From an uncultured virus (IMG/VR IMGVR_UViG_3300034656_000069) (Duplodnaviria; Heunggongvirae; Uroviricota; Caudoviricetes), in the IMG/VR virus record IMGVR_UViG_3300034656_000069: 64,000 bases of DNA. One strand, 5' to 3'. Of the stretch, positions 56,289-64,000 are shown piece after piece. The number at the start of each line of letters is the position of its first letter. Position 1 is the first letter of the stretch. A model generated the notes under the pieces. The model saw only the letters and a program-made list of their open reading frames with translations, made no database searches and had not been told where the DNA came from. Position numbers and translations under genes: made by a program.

Positions 56289-57077
56289 TTACTCTTGAAT
56301 GCCAGCCTCGGCCATGAGGCGCTTGGCTAGCTCTGGTTCGTGGCGCTTGATGCGCGCCTGTTCGGTCAAGTTCCGCTGGTCTGATTTCCAGGGATTGACC
56401 TTGGTAGATGCGTTGCCGTTATTCCCTGGGGCGTTGCCGCCTTTCGGCTGAGGGAAAATGTACGGATGGGATTCTCGCAGCTGCTCGGCCGCCCACTCCT
56501 CGAACGTGAGCGCGCCCTGTTTGCCGGTGACGATATTGCCGTCTTTGTCGCGCAGTACCGGCTCGCCGTCCTCAAGCTGCCACTGGCTTTTAGCCAACAT
56601 CTTGACCACATCCAGCGCTTCGGGGATAACACCCGCCTTTGAAGCGGCGGCCATGGCGCGGTTATCCACCAGCTCTTGGGTCAGCTTCTGCTCCAGCGTA
56701 TTGGCTCGATTGGTGGCCTCCTCAAGCTGCTGCTGCCATGACTGCTCGGCGCTCTTGCGTTCGGCTTCCCACTTCTCCTTGTGCTTCTTGATGATCTCGT
56801 CGGTCTTGCCTTCGGCAGCAAGGCGCGCCATCTCGTCGTTTTCGAGGCGGTCCATCATGGCCTTCACATCGTCAGGCGTGCGGTCACCAAAAGCCGACTG
56901 TAGGCTTTGCAGCGTGCCTTCCATCTTTGTAGCGCGCTCTTGCTGCTTCTTGAGGTCGTCCAGCACCTTTTGCTTGTTGGCTTCCAGGCCTGCACGGTCT
57001 TGCTTGATCGCGTCCAGCACTTCCTGGCGTTTCTCGTCATCCTCAATGGATTGGGCGAGCAGTTCTTCGAGAGTCAT
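56289..57077 (-). CDS. Capsid scaffolding protein
   Basis: Coiled coil; NPW....NLTEQ..I....PE.A..L..EAG C-terminus. Confidence 0.8.
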   Translation of the reverse strand: MTLEELLAQSIEDDEKRQEVLDAIKQDRAGLEANKQKVLDDLKKQQERATKMEGTLQSLQSAFGDRTPDDVKAMMDRLENDEMARLAAEGKTDEIIKKHKEKWEAERKSAEQSWQQQLEEATNRANTLEQKLTQELVDNRAMAAASKAGVIPEALDVVKMLAKSQWQLEDGEPVLRDKDGNIVTGKQGALTFEEWAAEQLRESHPYIFPQPKGGNAPGNNGNASTKVNPWKSDQRNLTEQARIKRHEPELAKRLMAEAGIQE

Positions 57078-57169
57078 ACATCCTCCGGGGCGCAGCCCCT
57101 ATTGATTCACCCGGCGCAACCGGGCATGAAAAAGGCCGCCCGAAGGCAGCCTGTTAGTAAGAATTGGGG

Positions 57170-57433
57170 TTATACCGTCGCCACGGTCTTGCCGTTGGAG
57201 TTCATGATCCATGCACGGTCGTCGTCGTAGATGAACGAGCGGTGATAGGTCGAGCCATAGCTGTCGCGTGTGCGGTATTGAAGGATTGCGCGAGGCGGTT
57301 CCTCTTGCTGTTTATCTAACTTTGCGCACTCTGCGGCATAGTCGCCGTCGCCTTTACGCACTATGCTGACATCGCCATCGACTTCAAAGACGCGCTCACA
57401 CTCGCCTGCGGCTAACAGTTTAATGGTCTGCAT
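57170..57433 (-). CDS. Small moron protein
   Basis: AGGAG RBS; ends IMNSNGKTVATV; flanked by terminators. Confidence 0.6.
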   Translation of the reverse strand: MQTIKLLAAGECERVFEVDGDVSIVRKGDGDYAAECAKLDKQQEEPPRAILQYRTRDSYGSTYHRSFIYDDDRAWIMNSNGKTVATV

Positions 57434-57517
57434 TTCATTCTCCTGCTGCGGCTACGAAAAAGCCCCGGCGAGTGCCAGGGCGGATATAAAAATGCCCGCT
57501 CGATGGCGGGCAGGGGT

Positions 57518-57826
57518 TTAAACGTATCGCACGTCGCGAGACCACATCATGTAGCGGCTGAGTACCGACAAAATCAGCTCGTTGGTCAGCATATCTGCGT
57601 CTTCATAGAGCCTGATGCAGCGCGCTTCGCGATGCTGCTGGGTTCGAATAAGCTTGCAGCAACCTACAAGGGCGGATTCTAGGCCGCTGGCGAACACAGT
57701 CTCGGGGAAGGTGGGAAACCTCGAGTCGAAAAGATGCGCTTTGACAGTGCTGCCAGATAGTTGCTCAAGCTGGATTTCGAAGCCAGCGGCGGGATGATTG
57801 ATACGTATGGTTTGAATTGGCGTCAT
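57518..57826 (-). CDS. Small moron protein
   Basis: GGAGG RBS before MTPIQ; terminator downstream. Confidence 0.5.
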   Translation of the reverse strand: MTPIQTIRINHPAAGFEIQLEQLSGSTVKAHLFDSRFPTFPETVFASGLESALVGCCKLIRTQQHREARCIRLYEDADMLTNELILSVLSRYMMWSRDVRYV

Positions 57827-58200
57827 TGTAACCTCCAGTAAGTAATGACAGTGAAGACCATTCTTCACTACCATTATTTATGCCTGGAGCAATTTAAATG
57901 CCGATTTTGGCCCTTTTTTTGGCAGTTTTTACACCGCATACTAAAACGCCCCGGCTAAATGCCAGGGCGCTGAATAGTGTCGGTGATTTGGTCGGGCACC
58001 AAAACCACACGTAGCAGAAACCCTACTCTAAACTATCACCCTTATCAAGCCGCTAGTCATCCAGCGCGCCAAGCTTGCGCTGTATGGCCATGCTCAACTC
58101 CCAATTCATCCGCATGATGATCAGGTCGTGAACGGTGCCAATACCGGCCTGTTGTCGCTGCCAGCATTGCCACCATGTGAGGAATTGAGCGTCAGCGGGC

Positions 58201-58446
58201 TCAAAATTCCCGGTCATAGGTAACGCACCGGTTCACAACGCTGTAATAGAAGCCAAGGTGCTTGTGACGCTCGCAAAAAATCAGCTCGGCCTGGCTTTGC
58301 GAGACGCCTTCATCTCGAGCGATAGCTTCAACAGAACCAGCTACTTTGACAGCAGCGTTAGCCACATTGCCGGGAAGGTTGTCATAAGGGCCCTTGCATT
58401 GGCTCGCTAGCCTGAAGTCTTCTTCCGTAAACGTTGCCATGTTCAA
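58201..58446 (-). CDS. Hypothetical protein
   Basis: 81-aa ORF after the minor head gene. Confidence 0.45.
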   Translation of the reverse strand: MNMATFTEEDFRLASQCKGPYDNLPGNVANAAVKVAGSVEAIARDEGVSQSQAELIFCERHKHLGFYYSVVNRCVTYDREF

Positions 58447-58479
58447 CTGCCCCCCTTTGGAAAAGGGGTTCAGTTTACC

Positions 58480-59634
58480 CTATGCGGCGTCGCCAAACAC
58501 CTCGCGGAAATCCTTCGCGTGCCGCTGGCGAAGCTCCGCTATCGTGTAGCGCGTACCGTCAGCCCGGATCATCTGGTTGATGCTGATCTTGCCCTCCTGA
58601 AACAGCTTATACCGGGTAGGCCCGAAGTACTCCCGGGCAAAGGCCGCGTTATCGGGTCGCTTCAAGAACTCGCTCATGGACGTGGAGGCGCGCATCTGGC
58701 CAACCATACCTTCTGGTCGCTTGTCTCTGGGGATGGTGCCGATTGGCTGGAACGCCTTCACGAAAGGCCGATTGCCAGCGATGCGACCTCCGAAGTAGGG
58801 CGCAATGATCGATCGACAGCCGTAGTGCAGTGGCGGACGAGGGTAGTTAGTGCCGACCTTGTAGGTCGTCGCATCCAGGCTTGAGCAGCGCAACGTCGTG
58901 CGGCCGTCAATCGTGGCCACAAAGATGACTTCCTCGACGCCAAGCGCCTGATAGGTTTCGTCATACGCCGTGTTGGCTAGGTGCGTGCGCCCGGTGCGGA
59001 CCAGCGACTGCAGGTTGTTCCGCGTCGTTTTCAGCACGCCGTCGCTGTAGTTCATGGACTTGGTGCCGCGCAGCGCCCGGACTATCTGGTCGTTGGTTTC
59101 CCCCTGACTAACGCCGTCGCGAATCCTGCTAATCACCCGGGCCTTGGTCTCGGCACCAACCTCTTTCAGCGCATCCTCGATAAAGATGCCCATCGTCGGC
59201 GTATCCATCGCCAGTCGGTAGACGGCTTTGGCGCTGACCGTGGCGGTGGGAGCATCCTGCAGCGCTTCTTTCAACAGGTCGATGATGAAGTCCGACTCTG
59301 TTTCGGCAAACTCCTCAGCGCCTTCCTGCCATGTGGCGGTTATCGATTCGCCGAGGGCTGCCGCCCATTCATCCAGGGATTTGACGACGCCTTGAACGCG
59401 GGTCGGCAGGCGGTCCATGCGCTGGCCAGCTCGATATCGACTCAACTCGCGAAGCTCGCCCGCCGTCAGGTTGTCGAGGCGATCCAGCAGTTCCATGCCC
59501 AGCTTGCGGCCCGCCTCGCCGACGACGCTGTTCATGTCCGCCACTAAGCCGCGGTTGTTTCGCTCCACGGCTAGCGCGTTGCGCAGGATGGCATCGAATA
59601 CCTTCTGCTGGGCTCTCTCGATCTCGTCCATCAA
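58480..59634 (-). CDS. Minor head morphogenesis protein (SPP1 gp7/Mu gpF-like)
   Basis: ATIDGRTT..C..LD, PPLHYGCRS. Confidence 0.88.
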   Translation of the reverse strand: MMDEIERAQQKVFDAILRNALAVERNNRGLVADMNSVVGEAGRKLGMELLDRLDNLTAGELRELSRYRAGQRMDRLPTRVQGVVKSLDEWAAALGESITATWQEGAEEFAETESDFIIDLLKEALQDAPTATVSAKAVYRLAMDTPTMGIFIEDALKEVGAETKARVISRIRDGVSQGETNDQIVRALRGTKSMNYSDGVLKTTRNNLQSLVRTGRTHLANTAYDETYQALGVEEVIFVATIDGRTTLRCSSLDATTYKVGTNYPRPPLHYGCRSIIAPYFGGRIAGNRPFVKAFQPIGTIPRDKRPEGMVGQMRASTSMSEFLKRPDNAAFAREYFGPTRYKLFQEGKISINQMIRADGTRYTIAELRQRHAKDFREVFGDAA

Positions 59635-61043
59635 TCAACCCCTTCGGGCAGTGGCAGGCCTCCTGTTGTCATCAGCGAGATCAACTCTTCGTCGCTCTTG
59701 TCGGTCAACCCTGCTTTGCGCAGTGACTCGAACAGCACCTCGTTCGGAGCGCGGTCCGACTGCACGATGTTGTAGACGACCTGGAGCATGGCGGCGTCGA
59801 CTTCTTCCTTGCTGAATTTCGGGATCACTTTGAAGATGACCTGCTTGGTCACTTCGGCGTCCTTCATGCCCATCCAGTAAGCGATGTAGCGAAGCATCTG
59901 CTCGACGGCCTCGGCAGCGGTGACGCAAACGCTGTAGAGCGCCGAGTGCTGGTCGTTTTGTCGAGCCTTGCGCGCTTCGCCCGACTCTTGGCCGCCAATA
60001 TCGATCACCTTGGCGCCAGACTCTGCGGCGGCGTTTTGCTGATCCTGCATCGCCTTGCGCAACGCCTCGATGCCCGCGCCCTGGAACTCCAGATAACCGG
60101 CCTGGGCATCCTTGGGCAGCATCCAGGCCGCCATCGGGCCGGTGACGCGGATATCGTCGTCTGTCCCCATGCCGCTAATCCACGGCTGCGGGTGAGCCGT
60201 GTAGTGGAGCGATGCAAAGTAATCGGCGCTCAGCTGGTAATACTTCAGCGCCGCCTTCGCCATGGTCTGTAGCGGGATTTCATCAACATCGGCGTTGTTG
60301 TCTGTGCTGCCCGCAAATACCGCGGGAATGAACGTTAGCGGCGTGCTTTGGGTGCCACCGACGAGGCCCGGGTATTCAGGGTCTTCGATCTCGGCACCGG
60401 CTTCATCCAGGATGCGAACGCGGTATCGCTCTCCCTCTTCAAGGTCCAGTACCCGGTAAACCGTCTCATACTCCGGCTTGAACTCGTCGGCACCGTCTTT
60501 CAGGCGCTGCTCGGCGAACACCACCAGCGTCAGGTCTTGGCGGCCGCCTGCGTCAGCAGTGAGCCAGTTTGGCGCGGTCTCGGCGGTATACGTGGCGATG
60601 TACGGCCGTCCGTTATCGTCGAACTCGGCCAGCATGGGCTTGCGCCCCTTGGTGAGTAGCGCAGAGACGATGCGGAGATAGAGCTGTTTGAGCCCGAAAC
60701 CGTCGCTGGTGGCCTCGTCGATCAAGTCCGCCATGCGTTCAGGCAGCTGAATCTCAGGCTCTTGGCGGGATACCAGTCCGACCATGGTGCGAAGCGAGTC
60801 TTTCACCCACAGCGGATATTCGGCGCGGCGCTTGTAGGCGAGGTAGAGCTGCTTGGCCTGCTCGACCGTTAGCGGGCTGTTCTCGGTGGCTGCCAGAGAT
60901 TCGGCCTCGATCATTCCCGAAGTTTTGGGCAGGTAGGTGGTGCCACCAGCGGAAATGGCACGCGGCCCAATGAGCGCGTCCTCCATTTCCTGCCACTCCT
61001 CGAGCATGGCGGCATATTGATCATTCTGCGATGTGACCGCCAT
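59631..61043 (-). CDS. Portal protein (DUF4055-type)
   Basis: YLPK, Y.AY..RA.Y, YYQLSADY...LH..AHP, ESGEARKAR; after terminase. Confidence 0.85.
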   Translation of the reverse strand: MAVTSQNDQYAAMLEEWQEMEDALIGPRAISAGGTTYLPKTSGMIEAESLAATENSPLTVEQAKQLYLAYKRRAEYPLWVKDSLRTMVGLVSRQEPEIQLPERMADLIDEATSDGFGLKQLYLRIVSALLTKGRKPMLAEFDDNGRPYIATYTAETAPNWLTADAGGRQDLTLVVFAEQRLKDGADEFKPEYETVYRVLDLEEGERYRVRILDEAGAEIEDPEYPGLVGGTQSTPLTFIPAVFAGSTDNNADVDEIPLQTMAKAALKYYQLSADYFASLHYTAHPQPWISGMGTDDDIRVTGPMAAWMLPKDAQAGYLEFQGAGIEALRKAMQDQQNAAAESGAKVIDIGGQESGEARKARQNDQHSALYSVCVTAAEAVEQMLRYIAYWMGMKDAEVTKQVIFKVIPKFSKEEVDAAMLQVVYNIVQSDRAPNEVLFESLRKAGLTDKSDEELISLMTTGGLPLPEGVD

Positions 61044-62539
61044 TATCCGAGGCCTCCGATTCGTTTCATGCCAGCACGTGGCTTGGGTTTGCGGTTGTTA
61101 GCGACTGCAAAGTATCTAAAGGCATCCGAGCCGTGAGATGACCAATCATGCAGCGGCTTATCCTTCCAGCAGCCGCGCTTGTCGTCCCATTCCTTGCGGT
61201 AGTTTTCCAGGCAGAGAACGCCTTGCTCAGCCTTAGCCAGGTCAAAGGCGCACTTGGGCAGGATCTCGCGCACCGCTTCGATGCCTTCATCAATGCCCGC
61301 CTTGGGTACTACGTTGAACTTGATGCTGTATTTATGACCGTCTATTTCGTAGCCATCTCTAGCCATGTCGCGTCGCGACTTGCCGTCACCGCCGAACTCG
61401 CGGTTTTCAATATCGTGCGGCGCCCAGTGTTCGTCATACGTGTAGCCGCGATCTTTCAGCACCTTCATGTAGTGCCGCAGGCCTTCGCCGCTGTTCTCGT
61501 AGTAGTCGATGATGTGGTATTCAGTGCCGACCTTGCGAACGAACCAAATAGAGGTCGAATCGCCCACGCCAATATCCCAGTAAGTGGATACCGGTAGGTG
61601 TGAATTGTCGGGAATCTCGCCAATGCGCTGCTGTGAGTAGAGCTTGGCAAACTGCTTGGCGTAGTAAGCGCCCTCAACCGACTGCTGGAACGCCTCAGCG
61701 GGTATCGACGGATACTCGCGCTTCATGTCGTCGCCTAGCGTGCGCTCTTTGGCGTGGTACCAAGCCTTTTGGCCAGCCGTTACCTTGATGCCGTGCTTAA
61801 TCTCAAGCTCGGTGAAGTAATCAACAAGGCGCTGCGGTAGCTTGCGGTCAGTCTCCAGCGAGTAGGCCGGATTCATCCACCATGAGAAGAAGAAAAACTT
61901 CCAGTCCAGGGCAGTGAGTGGCGTTTGGGATAGCGCTTGTTTCTCTGCCTGCTGGCTGTACTCAAAGAACGATCCAGCGCGGCCCTCTGCGGTTGACTCA
62001 ATCGTGACAAAGCATTCGTCAGAGACGGCCTCGAAAGCACCGGTAACGATCTCCCGCGCCTTGTCGGGGAACTTGGCGCATATCTTTCCGAACTCGGAAA
62101 CATGAAGATAACGCAAGGTGCCGCCACGAAACGACGTGCTGATATAAAGCGAGCCGCCTTTAGAGAACACCAGCTCACCAGCGGCGTCATTGCTTGCCGG
62201 GTTGGCCTGGCGTATCTCGATGGGCAGGTGCTTGTAGGCGTATTGGATCTTTTCACGGAATAGGCGCTTTGCATCGTTCAGCGTGTGGGCAATCAGGGCA
62301 CACTTGGCCGACTCGAATAGCGCTGCATCAAGCTGGATGATGCATTGCTCAGTGGTAAAGCCAAGCTGGCGTGCTTTCAAGATCAGGTTGCGCGTGTGCA
62401 TGCCTTCGTAATACGCCAGCTGCTCAGGCGTCATGCGGAAGCGAACCTTCTTGCCGCGCTTATCGGTGATGAAGTAGAGGTTGTTTAGCCGAAACAGCTT
62501 GTCCCCGAGCTTCTTTAGGTGCTCAGCGGTCAATGCCAT
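61043..62539 (-). CDS. terL: Terminase large subunit (element 2)
   Basis: ILKARQLGFTT, HVSE, IESTA, WDIG..D, HGSDAFRY. Confidence 0.95.
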   Translation of the reverse strand: MALTAEHLKKLGDKLFRLNNLYFITDKRGKKVRFRMTPEQLAYYEGMHTRNLILKARQLGFTTEQCIIQLDAALFESAKCALIAHTLNDAKRLFREKIQYAYKHLPIEIRQANPASNDAAGELVFSKGGSLYISTSFRGGTLRYLHVSEFGKICAKFPDKAREIVTGAFEAVSDECFVTIESTAEGRAGSFFEYSQQAEKQALSQTPLTALDWKFFFFSWWMNPAYSLETDRKLPQRLVDYFTELEIKHGIKVTAGQKAWYHAKERTLGDDMKREYPSIPAEAFQQSVEGAYYAKQFAKLYSQQRIGEIPDNSHLPVSTYWDIGVGDSTSIWFVRKVGTEYHIIDYYENSGEGLRHYMKVLKDRGYTYDEHWAPHDIENREFGGDGKSRRDMARDGYEIDGHKYSIKFNVVPKAGIDEGIEAVREILPKCAFDLAKAEQGVLCLENYRKEWDDKRGCWKDKPLHDWSSHGSDAFRYFAVANNRKPKPRAGMKRIGGLG

Positions 62540-62542
62540 GGC

Positions 62543-63061
62543 TTATGCCTCTTGGGATAGCGCGTCCATCAAGTCGGATAGGGCGCCTGTGTCTTTATCA
62601 CCCTGAACGTCATCAAGGTTGTAGGCCTGACGCTCGCCTTTGATGACCTTCAGTTGGGCGTCTACACCTGCGTTAAGTGATCGGGCAAAGTCGTTGTGGT
62701 TGCTAGCGTCTACTTCCATATCGCCCAGGGCATTCATGAGCTTCGTTGCTATGCCGCGCCACTGCGATAAATCTTGGCGATGATGCAGGACTATAGCGGC
62801 TGCTTCAGTAGATGCCTCTTCGATTATTTCGGCATCGGTAACCACTCTTGGTTGGTTACCGTTAGTGGTTACCGCCGTGGTTACTTTCTGTTTCGTGGCA
62901 GCCCTCACCTTATCGGTAAGATCTCGCTGCCAGCCCTCTTTCTTTGCTCGCTTTAGCACCGTGGCGTGATTAACGCCATGCTTGTCAGCGATAGCACGTA
63001 CAGACAAAGAGCCAGCCCGGAAAGCTGATTCTATTGCCTCCCAGTCTGGCTTCTTGCTCAT
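62543..63061 (-). CDS. terS: Terminase small subunit (element 2)
   Basis: PDWEAIE..FRAG.LS.R.IA..HGV....KRAKKEGW.RDL; ERQAYNLD; directly before terL. Confidence 0.75.
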   Translation of the reverse strand: MSKKPDWEAIESAFRAGSLSVRAIADKHGVNHATVLKRAKKEGWQRDLTDKVRAATKQKVTTAVTTNGNQPRVVTDAEIIEEASTEAAAIVLHHRQDLSQWRGIATKLMNALGDMEVDASNHNDFARSLNAGVDAQLKVIKGERQAYNLDDVQGDKDTGALSDLMDALSQEA

Positions 63062-63065
63062 ATCG

Positions 63066-63650
63066 TTACTCCGCTGCCAGTATCGGCAGAATCTTCTCGT
63101 TGGTGTTTTCAAGCCATTTTGAGACGCTAGGCATCAAACCGTACATTTCTTGATCTATCCACATAGCCAGCGCTATCTCGTACTTGCATCGTTCCAGGAT
63201 GCTCATAGATACCCGAGCCTCTTTTATCGAGCCGCGAACAGAAGGGCATCCATCGTTTCGCTTCATAAAAGTCAGCAGTAGGTCGCTAGGGCATTTCTTT
63301 CCCGGCCCCGCCATCCACGGCTGCGAGCTGTGCGCTTTCCACATATCGTCGCCGCCACCCATTAAGTTGAGCAGACTGCTTCGGCGCATCCGTATATGTC
63401 TACGCTCAGCCGCATTAAGGTCGGCCGGATCTGATTCAAGAATAGCCACGCGCCACATACCGTGGTTGTCGGCAAGCCATTCACCAAGCATCTTGTTGTG
63501 GCACATCGAGGGGGATGTATAGATCTGCAGCCTGTTAGCGGGATTAATAGTTTTCCCGACATACACAACGCGACCGTCGCCAGGATCTACTAGGCCGTAA
63601 ACGATAGGGCTTTGAATCTTTCGCGCTTCTTGGCGAGTTAATACTTTCAT
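63066..63650 (-). CDS. GIY-YIG endonuclease-like protein
   Basis: IVYGLVDP...VVYVGKT....R, AE...I, LLN. Confidence 0.75.
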   Translation of the reverse strand: MKVLTRQEARKIQSPIVYGLVDPGDGRVVYVGKTINPANRLQIYTSPSMCHNKMLGEWLADNHGMWRVAILESDPADLNAAERRHIRMRRSSLLNLMGGGDDMWKAHSSQPWMAGPGKKCPSDLLLTFMKRNDGCPSVRGSIKEARVSMSILERCKYEIALAMWIDQEMYGLMPSVSKWLENTNEKILPILAAE

Positions 63651-64000
63651 AGCTATCACCGTATAGCTGCACCGATTGAGGGTGCAGGGCAACGAGTCGG
63701 TGAACTCGCTTTCGGATGGCCGTCCTAGCCCTGCCTCTTAATTATAACACGAACGATAGTCGGGAAAATCGCTCATATCATCGCCTTATTATCAACGAAC
63801 TGAGACTGCCGTGCTGTCAGCGCGACAGCCTCCAGGGCAGTCTTCTTGGTCATATCATTACCTATGGTCAATACACATTAGAGAGCGCCCAGGAAAACGG
63901 AACGCTCTTTGATGCGCATCTACGTCTCTCGACGTGGTGGCGGGATGAGTAGCCCGCCTCTCAGATGGATCACCCCCATTGCTAGAGACAATCAAAAATC

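Larger units (their letters stand above)
42834..64000 (-). mobile_element. Second prophage (element 2), partial: terminase-portal-head-tail-tape measure module with cargo island
   Basis: Second set of terminase, portal, capsid and tail tube genes, of different families from element 1, on the minus strand. Confidence 0.85.

Overview
The window is entirely phage DNA from two temperate tailed phages of a gammaproteobacterial host (host class inferred from the LexA box and gene content). Bases 17-371 recur as a direct repeat at 42834-43188, in frame, inside two different tape-measure genes. Joining the repeats turns 17-42833 into a 42,817-bp circle with a complete gene set. That set includes lambda-type terminase, portal, ClpP protease, capsid and a lambda-like cos site, tail genes, a lysis cassette, Q, cro/cI, a tyrosine recombinase, ParA plus a ParG-like protein, a serine resolvase, a DUF1778/GNAT toxin-antitoxin pair, and a plasmid-type Rep with a predicted antisense copy-control RNA and a DnaA-box origin. 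Element 1 therefore looks like a phage-plasmid with no recognisable protelomerase. It also carries a Tad1-like anti-defence gene, a repressor lacking its self-cleavage residues, a small ORF behind a LexA box, a c4-type RNA, six ACAC-N5-GTGT operators and seven dispersed ~30-bp GCGTTA repeats. Bases 42834-64000 are the head/tail module of a second phage, with a cargo island containing helical-partner+HEPN and partner+PIN gene pairs, a secreted protein and an ORF6N gene. No tRNA, rRNA, CRISPR array or reverse transcriptase was seen. All family calls come from reading motifs by eye; no database searches were run.
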